Below, one piece after another: positions 23,426-37,432 of a stretch of DNA of 64,000 bases; position 1 is the first letter of the stretch, and every line of letters starts with the position of its first letter. Position numbers and translations under genes: made by a program. Below the pieces are notes generated by a model. The model did no database searches. It saw only the letters and a program-made list of their open reading frames with translations, and was not told where the DNA came from. Source of the stretch: Octopus sinensis (Eukaryota); assembly GCF_006345805.1 (NCBI RefSeq), contig NC_043002.1, positions 34,038,001-34,102,000 on the forward strand, given 5' to 3'.

Positions 23426-24689
23426 TACATATATATATTACATACCACACACTCTACTTTTTTTATATACTGTTATATTACGGTAACATACGTACGTGCA
23501 TCTCCCATAAAAAAAACATTTTTCGTGATTGCATAGTTCCATCATGAAATATTGTGTAATATCATATTGTAGAATGCTAAATACCATATAAAATGCGATA
23601 GATATATAATATATATTTGCATACTCTAACCTATATATATTATTTGAGTAGCATTACACATTGTATTATATTATGTTCTTATATAAATATTTCTTAAGCG
23701 CTTCATTTTATTGCAATATATATATATATTCGCTTAAGTGCTTTATTAATGTAGTATATATATATATATGAGTGTGTGTGTGTGTGTGTGCGCGCGGGTG
23801 TGTGTATTTATGTACGTATGTATGTATATGCAGTGCATGTATTTTTTAATTTATGAGCTATGTCTTGTATTATGCATGTTATGGTATATAATCTGGAAGG
23901 GTATATAACATGTTTAGCATATATTTTACAAGATACCTTAACTTAATCAATATTCACAAATTTTACCTTAAATTTTTATTGTACATTATTGTTAGATTTG
24001 ATAATAAATGTTATATATTTTATATGTATATACGAATGAATATATATGCATAAGTAAGATATATATATATATATATATGTGTGTGTATGTATATGTGCAT
24101 ACTCACACATATATATACATATATATACATACATACATATATGCAAATAGTTATTTATATGTGTATAAATAATAATATATTTGTATGTGTATATATATAT
24201 ATATATATATACATGCATCTCGGTTTGTCTCTCTCTCACTCTCTCACGCACTCTCTCTCTCTCTCTATATATATATACACACGCACACATCACACATACA
24301 CACACATAAATGTGTATATAAAATAGAACGAAACATGAGTGATTGTGTATCGGATATTTAGTTACACAACTTTACGTTCACAATCGTTGATTCTGGCTAC
24401 ATTACTACAATCCAATAACATAATTTACATTATGCAACTAATAATCACATCATGTTAATGAAACGTACGTAATGAAACTTTCATATTCTGTTTTATAATT
24501 TACACCCATATTCCAAGCTCATAACAAATAATACAAATGCAATGTCAATATACATATAATTTTATGCAATGTCAATATATATATAATTTTATGTTTATCA
24601 ATATATATAATATATTGATATATATATAATTTTATGTTTATCAATATATATAATATATTGATATATATATAATTTTATTTGTTTATCTT

Positions 24690-25080
24690 GCTACAGGCAT
24701 TTGACTTTGGCCATGCTGGAGCACCATCTTGAAGGATTTTAGGTGAACAAATCGTACTTCGGGATTATTTTTTTTAAGCTTGGTACTTATTCTATTGGTT
24801 ACTTTTTCCAAACCGCTAAGCTACAGTGATATCAACACACCAACACCGATTTTCAAGCGGTGGTGGGGGACAAGCACAGACACAAACACACACACACGTA
24901 GATATATACATACACATTTATACGACGGGTTTCTTTCAGTTTCCATCTACCATATCCGCTTACAAAGCTTTGGTCGGCTCGAGACTATATTAGAAGACAC
25001 CTAACGAAGGTACCACGCAATGGGACTGAACCGGATTCATGTGATTGGGAAGTAAGCTTCTTACCACACAGTCACCACGA
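24690..25080 (-). mobile_element. SINE family B
   Basis: Tail, (CA)n, CORE-like body and tRNA head are all recognisable. Confidence 0.8.
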
Positions 25081-25129
25081 CAGCTTCGTATATGTCGGGT
25101 TTTGTTTTTATAGTTAGGCCAAGTCTTTT

Positions 25130-26000
25130 CCAAACCTTGTGGTGAATTGCAGACTTGGCTTTTGGTAGCCATGCATTCACTTCATCATCAATGTGAACAC
25201 TTCTTGACAGTACTTCCAAGGCAGATGTATCTCTACAGCTTGGAGAGGTTGATTGTAAGGTTTTCTTTACAGGAGTGGTTCATCGAAAGGTTTTCCTTTT
25301 TTGACTTTGGTCTTTTGAAACTGGCTGTGAGACCGAAATTATCACAAGCCGAAGCAAAGTTCTCCAAGCTCTTTGACAGAGAATTTACATTCACGGCATC
25401 TTCAAAAAGAAGTTCCCTTGTAACAGTGATCTTAGTTTTGTTTTGCTTCCATATGGCTGATTTTAAAAGACCACCATCATATCTGTATTTGATCTGGCTG
25501 CCAGGTGTTTCAAGGGAGAATACATCGTGAAGCACTGAAGAGTTTGGATACTAGAACACAACTCTGCTTCACACCATTTATTACAATGAAAGGTATCAAG
25601 TATTCTTTATCATTCAAAACACAAGCGTGAAATTAATGCGCCATGTCAATGAACTTGACTGGGGAACCAACTTGCTTCATTATTTTCCAGCGACCTTGTC
25701 TACTTACAGTATCAGAAACCTTGGTCAGGTCAATGAATTCAGTAGAGGTATTGATCTTGCTCTTGACATTTTTCTTGAAGCTGTCTTGCAGCAAAGATCA
25801 TGTCCATAATACCGCGAATTTCCCGGAAACTACATTGACTTTCAGGAAGAAGTCCAGACTCAAGATACTGTATCAGCCGATTGAGCATAATTCTTGCCAG
25901 GATTTTCCCTGCAAATGGCATCGTGTCATATGCTTCTATGGTTGTCATACTGTTGGGTGTTTTCTTTTGTTTTACAGAGGTGTACAATGCAGGCATCTTT
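25130..26000 (-). pseudogene. RTE-clade LINE reverse transcriptase fragment
   Basis: AGKILARIMLNRL..LLPESQCSFR..MIFAARQLQEKCQEQ; IKYRYDGGL..RELLFEDA..NFASACDNFGLT. Confidence 0.9.
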
Positions 26001-26204
26001 GAATTTTTGTGGAATTAAATCGTGCTCCCACATTGTAGTAAACAGGACGAGTACAATATAAGCAAACCCCTAAGTTTTTCTTCCTAATATTCTCCATTCA
26101 TTCATTCTTTAATTTCATTTCACTTTTTTCCTATTATAAACATGTCTAATAACTCACTTTATGCATTAATGCACCTTTTTCTTTTCTTTCACTCTGATTT
26201 CGCC

Positions 26205-26370
26205 GATCTATCTCTCCCTCTCCCCACCTCTCTCTCTCCCTCTCCCCACCTCTCTCTCTCCCTCTCCCCACCTCTCTCTCTCCCTATCCCACCTCTCTCT
26301 CTCCCTCTCCCCACCTCTCTCTCTCCCTCTCCCCACCCCTCTCTCTCCCTCTCCCCACCTCTCTCTCTCC
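26205..26370. repeat. CT-rich minisatellite (CTCTCTCTCCCTCTCCCCAC)n
   Basis: Direct reading. Confidence 0.85.
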
Positions 26371-27002
26371 CTATTCAAATTCAAGAACAACCTCTTCCGT
26401 TATATATATACATATGTGTGTGTATATGTGTGTGTGTATGTGTGTGTGTGTGGATGTGTGTGTATATATATGTGTATATATATGTATATATATATGTGTA
26501 TGTATATGTAAGTATACATGTGTGTGTGTGTTTATAAATATCTCTTTCTATTTCTCTCTCTCTTTCTCTCTCTCCACACACACATACACGCGCGCACGCA
26601 CATACTGATGGACTTCTTAAGTTTTCTACTCTATCCTATGTCAACTAAAATCATAACTACAACCTAGCTGACTGTCCTTATACACAAGAAATTATCTTGT
26701 CCTTCAGCAACCACAAAGCAGCTACGCAGCCCAAAGGAGTACCACAATAGGGTACTTCTGCTCCACAAACAGGTACCCAAGTTCAGGTTCAAAATAAAAA
26801 AGAAATCACTGGATATATAAGCCTAAAGTCACAACCAAACACACCTAACCTTCTGTCCTAATAGCTCTTTCCTTTACCTTTACTGATAATTACTAGGAAC
26901 TGTTTGATCTCGTGCCATCTCTACTCGTACGTTCTCGACTCATTTATCTTTCCCCTTTTCATCACTCATATTTTGTGTAACAAACTACAAACTCAATCGT
27001 TT

Positions 27003-27498
27003 ATTTACTCTTTTACTCTTTTACTTGTTTCACTCATTTGACTGCGGCCCTGCTCGAGCACCGCCTTTAATCGAGCAACTCGACCCTGAGACTTATTCTT
27101 TGAAGCCCAGTACTTATTCTGTAGGTCTCTTTTGCCGAACCGCTAAGTGACGGGACATAAACACACCAGCATCGGTTGTCAAGCAATGCTAGGGGGACAA
27201 ACATAGACACAAAAACATACACGCACACACACACACACACATTATATATATATATATATATATAATCTATATATCTATATTATATATATATATATATATA
27301 ATATATATATATATATTAATTATATACATATATACGACGGGCTTCTTTCACTTTCCGTCTACTAAATCCACTCACAAGGCTTTGGTCGGCCCGAGGCTAT
27401 AGTAGAAGGCACTTGCTCAAGGTGCCACGCAGTGGGACTGAACCCGGAACCATGTGGTTGGTAAACAAGCTACTTACCACACAGCCACTCCTGCGCCT
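27003..27498 (-). mobile_element. Full-length, young-looking SINE family B
   Basis: Near-consensus head GGCGCAGGAGTGGCTGTGTGGTAAGTAGC and tail ending in (GTAAAAGA)n. Confidence 0.92.
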
Positions 27499-28050
27499 AT
27501 TTATTCATTTATTTTATTTTATTATTATTTTTTTGCTTCCATAATATTAACCCTCTGGAATTTTCTCTTTAAACATGTCTTTCCTACAGTTTTCGTCTCC
27601 CAAGAAAGTAATCGGGAAGTTAATGGTTTCAGTCTCACCGATCTAGATGAGTTCATGCACCGTGGGCACAGAGACTTCTCACCGACAGATCAAATAGAAA
27701 AGAAATAGCAACATCATTAATCTACCAAATCTAGTAACTGTCCTTATACTCTATCATTGAGCTACAGGAACCTTTCTCACCGATTTTACATTACTTTCCT
27801 TCTTTACGTTGACATATTTTGTACCACGTAGTGGTGCCTGTTTGCTGGTATGTGGACTGAGTAGAGGCGAATAAAATGTTTTCATTATGAAGACAATGTA
27901 GACAATGTAATGGCGGTGTCGGGATACGGATAACCCTTTGCCATGATCCTGCTATCGACTCAAATTTTGAGTCAATACACTATCCCTCCACACACACTCA
28001 CACATACATACATTCATATATATATATATAATGTGTGTGTGTGTGTGTGT

Positions 28051-28093
<43 letters not shown>

Positions 28094-28134
28094 ACGTACA
28101 TACACAGATATCTATGTTCGTATGGTACATTTGT

Positions 28135-28182
<48 letters not shown>

Positions 28183-28758
28183 TTACCTTTGTGTGCGTGT
28201 GTGTGTAACGTGTATCATCCCCACTCGAACATGCGGTATGTCGGCCTGGCCTAGCTCAACACTTTCATCTTTCACCAAGCATTTGATCTCCAAGAAACAT
28301 CTTATTTTCGACGTTCTATTCAGTTATCAGCCTCTTCCAATGTCCTCTATTTTTTAATATGTTTATCTGATATTTTTCTTTTTATCTATTTAATACGGAT
28401 GTACAATAGAATTAGCTCAATTTAGCTGAACAAGCAAGCTGTCAAACTATGGAGACCTCCTAGTGAGCCAGATACGCTGCTACAGTCATACCTTAAAGGC
28501 CGTGGACGCAATTAAAACATTACTTAGATGACATATCCCTCCCAGTTAATATCATTTCTTTTTACTGACAGGGGCGGCTAGAGTTAACTTCTCTCTTATT
28601 CTAAGATAATGTTTCGAATTAATGATTTCTTCAGGTAAAATCACCAGGTATTCTGTTTTACTGATGTCAGCGGCACCTTGTGGCATATTAACATCAACCA
28701 TGGAAACACTCATGCTCGCTATTTAGTGATAGATGGTTGGATATATAGACAGACAGAC

Positions 28759-28849
<91 letters not shown>

Positions 28850-28884
28850 CAGATAGGTAGGCAGGTAGACAGGTGGGCAGATAT

Positions 28885-29275
28885 ATTCTTTTTTACTCTA
28901 GGCACAAGGCCCGAAATTTCGGGAGAAGGGGTCAGTCGATTAGATCAACCCCAGTACTGGTATTTAATTAATCGACCCCGAAAGGTTGAAAGGCAAAGTC
29001 GACCTCCGCGGAATTTGAACTCAGAACATAAAGACAAACGAAATACCGCTAAACATTTGGGCCCAGCGTGCTAAAGTTTCTTATTTCTTTATTGCCCATA
29101 AGGGGCTAAACATAGAGGGGACAAACAAGGACAGACAAAGGGATTAAATCGGTTACATCGACCCCAATGCGTAACTGGTACTTAATTTATCGATCCCGAA
29201 AGGATGAAAGGCAAAGTCGACCTCGGCAGAATTTGAACTCAGAACGTAACGGCAGACGAAATGCCGCTAAGCGAG
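28885..29275 (-). mobile_element. Composite (dimeric) SINE family A
   Basis: Two central domains joined by the TTAATCCCTTTGTCTGTCCTTGTTTGTCCC linker module. Confidence 0.85.
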
Positions 29276-29639
29276 TGTGGATAGATAGCTAGCTAGATAG
29301 ATAGATAAATAGATAGACTTTAATTTGAATATATTTAAATGAAGTTAATTTTCTAAGCATTGGATATGAAGGTTGTAATCTGTGATATCCATCTACAGGA
29401 AACCGCTCTATCCTACTGTTACTGTTAAAACTATTTCACACCAAAAGAAACAGCTGCTTAGTGCCCGGAAACCTTATCGCTCGGTGGCCCATGTAAAATT
29501 CATTCAGAATTATCCGATAATGGACTGTCCCGTCGAAGAGCATTTAGATTTTGGACTCTTCCGTATGAGCATTTAGATTTTGCCCAACGATCTGTACTAA
29601 TGATTTGTTTATAGTGATCAAATGTTTGTGCCACACATT

Positions 29640-29835
29640 GGCTCACTCTCACCATTAAATCGACGTTGCCTGAACAGGTGCACGGTGTTCTGCGTGTCAG
29701 GTGTCGAAGTGATCGCAGGGCAACGTGAGATGAGGCGTTTTGCTCAAGAACACGACACACCACCCGGTCTAGGAATTAAAACCACGATCTCGTGATCGTG
29801 AGTGTAAAGCTCTAACCATTAGACCATGCAGGCTA
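29640..29835 (-). mobile_element. tRNA-derived CORE-like SINE, family C
   Basis: Reverse complement reads GCATGGTCTAATGGTTAGAGC..GGTTTTAATTCC..TTCTTGAGCAAAACGCCTCA. Confidence 0.7.
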
Positions 29836-30229
29836 AACAATCTGTTTGCCCGTAGTGAGATTATTTCCTTTCCGCCATTGCTTACTATCGCCCAGCTAAA
29901 GTTAAACAAGGCGACTATACTTGACACGCAAACTAATATGTAACAGGACATCATCTAGATGCTAATTGAAATGGGTTGTAGCGACAGTATTTTTTTTATT
30001 TAGAGGTGGAGGGCAGAGATGGCTTTGCAATGGTGTAGAATCTAGACGATAGATTACACGAACTGTCATCTAATGTGAGTGACCGAAACATTAAGCTTAG
30101 CTTACCGATATTTTGTGAGCGCCATGTACCTTTTCTCGGTGCCTCTGTGTGCACACCAACACATCAACTGTATTTCCTTTTCTACAAGATTCTTAGAAAT
30201 ATTGTTACCACACCGACTTCGACAAAATC

Positions 30230-31330
30230 TTGTGATTTCGATGCCAGAACTGCAATGCATGGTCTAATTTGAAGCGCTTCGGCATGAGTAAAATGAACAA
30301 TATTGGTCTAATCCTGCTCCAGCCATGTTCTGAGCTGGGTCTTGTGGCAGGCAATACGCTGTTCCACCAGACACTCATGCATAAAGTTATCTAGGTCCAA
30401 TATCAGTCGATACAGAGTCAGCTTATTTAATTTGTCATAATACTTAAGCAAAATATTCGTGATCTCTCTAGAGTTAGTTTTGCATGGGTTACACTTTGGT
30501 TAGATCACCATCTATTAAGAGCAAAGCTGAACTGGTTGTTTGGAAAAAATTTTACAAATTATACCAAGTTTCCAAAATGAAGAATAGAAATGCACAGTGG
30601 ATAATCTTTGAAAAGTTGGAGTTTGTTGACTTGTTTCTCCAACTATACATTGATAAAATGACCTTCTTCAAGTAAAATAGTGCTCTGTCGGAACCGATTC
30701 CACCGAATAACGTTGTCAAATACACTAACTATTTTCCATATATTTTGCAGTGTTGATTATTAATGGGTTTAAAGTCTTTGATGTGGCAAGAAAACTGTTA
30801 AATCTGAGGTAAAAAAAAAGAGCTTTATACGTCTTATTCATGGTGTGTTATTTGTTGATGATCAGGGATTTTGAGGATCACTCAGAATAAGACATTCAAA
30901 AAATAATGAACCTCTTCTTCAGGGCTTGTACTGCTTTTGGACTTATAATAGAGCTGAAGAAGAACCAGCTGGTGTTCTCATCAGCTCCAGGTAAAATTTA
31001 TGTGGTATACTTGTCCAAGGGAGCAGACTCAACGTGGATTCTCTTGTGTACCTTGGTAGCTCTCCCCCCCTCTCTCTCTCTCTCTCTTTCTCTCTCTCTG
31101 GGGATGGATCTCTAGCTTCTGGAATAAACATGAGGTTCGACAAGGTTTCTGTTGGATTTGAAACATTGAAGAGAAGAATCTGGTCAGAGAAGTCGAAACT
31201 GGTGGTAGTTGAGAAACTGAAACTGCTGGTAGGGAGAGAATTAGAGTCAATAAGATCAACCTCAATATTGAAACTGGCACTTCACAGCACCCACTCCGGA
31301 GGAATCAAACGTCAGATCCAACATAAGCAG
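30230..31330 (+). pseudogene. Internally deleted RTE LINE (APE endonuclease and RT C-terminal pieces)
   Basis: DFDAR..RFGMSKMNNIGLILL..SELGLVAGNTLFHQ; WLDHHL (SDH-like motif); NLFFRACTAFGLIIELKK..VYLGS..GINMRFDKVSVGFETLKRRIW. Confidence 0.8.
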
Positions 31331-32286
31331 GAATAGAACTCACTATCTAGAAAAACTAACTAAACATCGCTTATCCTGTAGCGATTTCTCCATCTACCGT
31401 CCATCATTGGAAACATCGTAATAATAAGGTGTAGGAGTAGCAGAATGAAGCAATGAGAGATTGCCAGTAGTAAGGGCTGGCAGGATCCATCAATTTTTGC
31501 AACACTATCTCTATATCTAGAGAGAGATATTTCTATGTTATGCAACACTTAATCTAACAATACTTTAACTTTCTCTCAGTCCCATTGGCAATATATATCA
31601 CATGACAATTTCTTCTATTTGACGTTTTAATAACCTCCCTTTACTCTAAACATATTGTCAAGTCTGCCATATTACTGAAATTATGTTGATTTATTTCTAA
31701 CATTCACAATTTGATTTTATTTCTGATTCTTCTCCCTCTTTCTTTTTTCCCCCCAATTTCTCTTTATTTCCCTCCAAACATTTCTCTGTCTTTCCTCCCC
31801 CTCCCTCCCCCCTCTCTCTCTGTACACAGCCATACACACAGATAGGTACGTGTTTGCAAGTACTTGCAAGTACACATACTACACACACACACACACACAC
31901 AAATATATATATATATTTATGTATACACATATACGATTACATACTTATAGACACACGCACATACACACGCACATAATACACGCACACGAACACACACACA
32001 CACACGTATATAGAAACACATACACCAATGTATAATACGCATGTGTGTCTATGTGTGTATATTTCACTTAACGTGCTTTTGCGACTACTTTAGACCATAA
32101 ACTAATTGTCAATTATTCAAATCGACTGAGAACTGTTGGCAGAAATATCGAACATTGGAAGTTCAATCTTTACGCAGGAGCTTCTTTCAGCATTTTGTTT
32201 TGTTGTGTTTCTCTCCTTTAAATACACGCATACACACGCAAACACACATAAGAATGCATACATACATACATACATACATACATACA

Positions 32287-32320
<34 letters not shown>

Positions 32321-32418
32321 CATACATACATACACACATACATACATACATGCATGTATGCCTGCATACATACATACATACACATACACATATATATACA
32401 TACGCACACATATGCATG

Positions 32419-32471
<53 letters not shown>

Positions 32472-33059
32472 TTGTGTATGCGTGTATGATATCTTTAAAG
32501 CTTCGTGACAAATTGCCGTATGTTACGTTCCAGCTGCTGTATCAAAGTAATATAAAATAGGTTCATGTGAGAGAATATATAATTGTGAAATATATATTAG
32601 CGATAGAGGTAGTATTAATACCGAGAGGTAGCATTTATCCTCACTTAAATGTGGATATTCAATTAGATGTAATACGGTAGTAAAGTTTAGTCTAATTGAA
32701 CATCCATGTTTAAGTGGGGATCAATATTACCTCATAGTTGTGAAAATAATCTAGGGACACATGTTTTCTGAAAAGCAAGTGGAAGGGAGAGTAATGGAGG
32801 AAGTTGAGGAGAAGGGGAGGTTGGCTGTTTTGTTTGAAATATGTATACGAGCATATAAACATACAATACCAGAAAAAGTTGGACAGGGTGGACGAAGACA
32901 AACAAAATTCGCAAACTGAGTAAGTGCAGAGCTGAAAGTTGTGACTGGAATTTTCTTGATTACTGCTAAGGTAAAAAATCCTTTCGACCAGAAACCGTCA
33001 AGAGCTTGTAACGAATCAGAATATTAAGCCCATTGCTTCTGGGTGCCCATCCACAGCCA

Positions 33060-33450
33060 AGAAAGAATATATCTATAGGAATAGTAGAGATGAGGATTAC
33101 ATATACTGGAAGTTGTTGCTAGCATTATGAAATTAAAATATAGGAGAGGTGCTATAGGACACTGTTGAAAAGTTCTAAGTGAACGGGAAAACGACTCTAA
33201 CCAGGGATATGCCAAAACACACTCACAGGGAGTTCAGAGCAATCGACCAGATAACAACACCAGAAAATGAAATGCCTCTTGATTGATATATCAGATGATA
33301 ACATATCTCTAAAAGGCGTGGAGAAATTATCCAAATATTAAGATTTGGAAATAGAAATAGTTATAAGGTGGGACCTGAAAACAGACACAATCTTTATAAT
33401 TGTGGTTACCTTGGGGATGATAAAAAAGCCTGGAAGGCAAACTATAATAG
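33060..33450 (+). pseudogene. R4/Dong-like restriction-like endonuclease fragment
   Basis: DMPKHT.RE.RANRPD...CLLID...EKLSKY.DLEIEI..WDLKTDTI.IIV..LGMIKK (PD-D/E-xK type), frameshifted. Confidence 0.75.
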
Positions 33451-33459
33451 TACAATTCT

Positions 33460-34900
33460 TCGTATTTGGGCTCACAACGTTACTCACTGTTCAAAACGTA
33501 GGTCTGCAAGGCCCCGTTCGCACCCCGAAAAAAAAACATTCATTTCGATTGCACAACTCAAACAGTATACTCTGTACGTAAAAGATATGACACTGATACA
33601 GTTCACTCTCTGTGCACATTACATATCATATACAGTATAGTTCCTTCACACAATACGAACCCTACATATAAACCACCAAATAGCACAACCCCTTCAGCAC
33701 TTACCCAACAGAATCACCATCAACAACAGATACAGTTAAATAATCAATACTCAATACTACAACACCAACAATTCAATCAACTTGCATTCCACACAGTTGC
33801 CAGCCGTTAGCAAAACACAACTCATCCAATACCAACCGGCACTAAAATGCATAACACCAATCACAAAGTATATACGAGTCACAAACACCACCCTGCATAA
33901 TAACATAACTCATATTGTACATATTTTACACAGTAGACGATACATTAACGTAACACCAGAATCAACAAAACAAATCCTAAAACAAAGTAAAACTCATGTA
34001 ATATACAACGCCATTATATGCCTTTATAAAGGACAATGGTACACACAGTACAGGGATATGGAAGTGACGCTGGTAGTGAAGAAGAAATTTTCATGAAATA
34101 GTTAAAAACAACATGATGACAATAAGGACATCATAGGTGCAGACGTCCCACGAAGGGGATATTACAAAATCACGTTTACAGTTTGTGTGGTGGTGGTGGT
34201 GGTGGTGGTGGTGGTGGTGGGTGCATGATATCGGATGAGTGGGGAAAAGAGTCGAGAAATGAGAGGAAAATATATGAATACATGGGCGATACTGTCTTCC
34301 TACTACAAGAAAGCCTCCAAATAAGGTCAACCAAGGAACCCCAGAGGTCCAAGATCACACTGACTAACAATGGCATGAAACCTCACCCAGCTGCTGTTCA
34401 CTACTCTACATCCTTAGATTAGTCCCAGTCACACAAAGTCACTGGAGGAAAGCACTTATCTTTCCATTTTCAGTTTCTTTTCCAAGTAGAACTTGGTCGG
34501 TGAAGGATTGACTAAAGAAGGTGTCTGCGCTCAATCCTTCGAGCCATATCCACCACAGAACCTCTTTTGTCACCGGACAGAGCAAAAGATTGGCTGCCCA
34601 ACCCTAATAAAGAGTACAATTTTCACGGAGGACTGGACCGATAATCGGGTCTGTCCTGCACACAACTATGCGAATTAACTCAATAAGTCAACAATGCGAA
34701 AGCACTGCGAGAGTGCATACAGTAAGGTTTTGTCGCGCTGCACACATGTCAGACTATCCCTCTTAGTGTCACTTTCATACCTTTAGAGTTTATCTCGAAC
34801 CGCTGGTGCCACAGGAAAGCTCTGTCAGACTAAAGATTTCCAGAAATTACCATAATGGCCTTCAGCTCAAAGGTCTTTCGGACATACCAGCCGGTTCGTC
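33460..34900 (+). mobile_element. Unclassified decayed repeat, possibly LINE ORF1
   Basis: C/A-rich broken reading frames. ACCAAGGAACCCCAGAGGTCCAAGATCACACT recurs in diverged form at about 37705-37735. Confidence 0.3.
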
Positions 34901-34997
34901 GTCGTCGATGCTATATAGTTTTCCCGAGAAAGTCATCGTTCTTACCCACCACTCATTCACTACATGTAAGTGAAATGTAACTTCACCGACCACAATA

Positions 34998-35084
<87 letters not shown>

Positions 35085-35114
35085 AACAACAACAACAATA
35101 ATAATAATAATAAA

Positions 35115-35583
35115 TAGTTATGCAGGAGGATGGAAAATAACGATACTCTGGGACTATGATTTTCAGATGGATCGTGTAATCGAACATCGTCGGCCGGATG
35201 TTCATATTGAATAAGCGAGACCAATACTGTCACATCATTAACGTAGCCATATGAAATGACATGAATGTTGTGAGTAAAGAGGTTTTAAAAAAATCACCAA
35301 GTACTCCGAATTTGAAAGTGGAAATGGCGAGACCGTTTGGAATGTGAGAAGGTAATGTAAAAGTGATACCAGTGGTGATCGGAGCGTTGGGCTCAATCCC
35401 ATTGAAATTTCAAAACTTCTTAAGGCAACTGGAAATCCCATGCAAGATTGATGTCTTACAAAAAGCAGCCTTATTGGGCACAGCGCACATCTTAAGGAAA
35501 GTATCATCTGTCTGAGGTCCTTGTTGTGACCTGACAGATGACTAAAGACTCCGGTGCATGTTTACCTCTGGTGTGTTACGAAG

Positions 35584-35585
<2 letters not shown>
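35115..35585 (+). mobile_element. 5'-truncated R4/Dong-like non-LTR element inserted in (AAT)n
   Basis: ITILWDYDFQMDRVIEHRRPD..KITKY..VIPVVIGALGSIP..LQKAALLGTAHILRKV, stop at 35513-35515, short 3'UTR, (AAT)n on both sides. Confidence 0.85.
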
Positions 35586-35637
<52 letters not shown>

Positions 35638-35648
35638 TGATAATAATG

Positions 35649-35686
<38 letters not shown>

Positions 35687-35699
35687 AATTTCTACTATA

Positions 35700-35892
35700 G
35701 GCACAAGGCCTGGAATTTGGGGGGCGGGGTTAAATCGATTACATCGACCCCAGTACTCCATTGGTACTTAATTTATTGACCCCGAAAGGATGAAAGGCAA
35801 AGTCGACCTCGGTGGAATTTGAACTCAGAACGTGCAAGCGGGCAAAATACTGCTAAGCATTTATCCCGGCGTGCTAACGATTCTGCCAGCTT
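35700..35892 (-). mobile_element. SINE family A
   Basis: Near-consensus reverse complement. Confidence 0.85.
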
Positions 35893-36429
35893 ATAATAAT
35901 AATGATTTCCGATTTAGGCACAAGGACAGCAATTTTGCGGCGCGGGGATCAGACGACACTTCACTGGTACTTTATTTTATTGACCATTCGGGGTGCTGAA
36001 GGGCAAAGATAACCTCTGCCACTGATGTTGTTAATATTACTGCTGACGTTATTGCATCCCATTGGGGTGTTGATGGTGGTGAAGGCGGTGGAGGCGGTGG
36101 AGGTAACGCATGATTAACTGCTGATGATTATGATGATTTTAAGAACCTCTTTGATTAACATACCATTTCTATAGCTACTGCTATTGTCGTCGTTGTCTTC
36201 TTCTTCTTCTTCTTCTTCTTCTTCTTCTTCTTCTTCTTCTTCTTCTTCTTCTTCTTCTTCCATCAGGACTCACGCCATTAGCCACAAAGAATAATCTCTA
36301 ATTCGAGCCTACTCTAAGCTCCTAAGAATACGCGTGGCAACTTGAAGATCCACCCACCACACGCGATAGACTGGCGGTTGCACGGACGCGAAAGCTACGT
36401 TGTTATCCTCATTCCGTAAACGGTGGCTT

Positions 36430-36748
36430 TTAACAGGTGGAGAGCTGAACCATCCTTGGGTACAGAGGATTCGCAATCTAGACTAGGGTCTGAAAGTTTA
36501 CCACACAATAGCGGGTTACACCATGGCTCCTCTGCTTTGTGACAGAAGTAGGAAGAAAGAGTGAGAGAAAGTTGTGGTGAAAGAGTACAGCGGGGTTCAC
36601 CCCCAACCCGCCGGAGTCTCATGGAGCTTAGGTGTTTTTGCTCAATAAACATTCACAATTCTCAATAAACATTCCCGGTCTGGGAATCGAAACCAAGTTC
36701 TTATGACCGCAAGTCCGCTGCCCTAACCACTGGGCCATTGCGCCTCCT
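36430..36748 (-). mobile_element. tRNA-derived SINE, family D
   Basis: Head GAGGCGCAATGGCCCAGTGGTTAGGGCAGCGGACTTGCGG..GGTTTCGATTCCC (A and B boxes). Confidence 0.75.
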
Positions 36749-37133
36749 CTATTGCTGTTGTTGCTTCTGATACTGCTACTATGTTTTAATTACTAATACG
36801 TCTGTAGTATTCTGTGATTGGAGATAACTGCGAAATACAGTTATATCCTATCTAACTTCAAAACCTTCTCCCTCTTTCCTGTGTTGCTGACTGGACGTCA
36901 AAGGCAACTCTATTTTGACTTTGCCTTTATTTCGAAATGTTTTCTTTCCTTTAAAATTTCGCCTTGTAGGGCGAGTAACATTTTTCTGGGACTAGTCAGA
37001 AGACATAGACATCCCTGATGAGAAGTCAATAAGGTTCGAAAATCGATTTAAGCTGTTCATCATATTTTTCAATTTAAGGAGAACTGGTTGAATTTGCCAT
37101 GTTTATAAGTCTACTCCGTAGGTTTGCATATAT

Positions 37134-37432
37134 ATCTTTATATATAAAAGTCAAGTTGTGTGTCTGTCTCCTACGATTTAGATTCCTAACTACTCCCACA
37201 TTTTGCGGTGCAGTTTAACCAAAACCGGGTATCTTATAGTCGTGATTCATATCAAGCCCTTCTGGGTATTAGCGTGCGTCTACGATGAGTCTACGATTTA
37301 AAACAAAAATTACCATAATTTTTTTTCCATTTTGAATGCATTTTTTTGCTATTTTTTGGCTATAACTCTCTAAAATTGCTTATATAGTTATTTCCCTTAC
37401 AAACCCGAGCAACGCCGGGCGATACTGCTAGT
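37134..37432 (-). mobile_element. Non-autonomous Helentron-like (HINE/DINE-1-type) element
   Basis: One end T|ACTAGCAGTATCGCCCGGCGTTGCTCGGG with a subterminal hairpin, the other CTTTTATATATAAAGAT; no TSD seen. Confidence 0.65.

Noticed and set aside
36660-36748. tRNA-like sequence (also the heads at 27420-27498 and 49140-49211)
   Set aside because: A and B boxes run straight into SINE bodies and no complete cloverleaf forms; these are SINE heads, not tRNA genes.
37015-37049. CTGATGA-GAA..TTC-GAA-AATCGATT, HHR-like
   Set aside because: Core and palindromic stem III are present, but stem I cannot form and stem II is only 3 bp; chance or too decayed to call.
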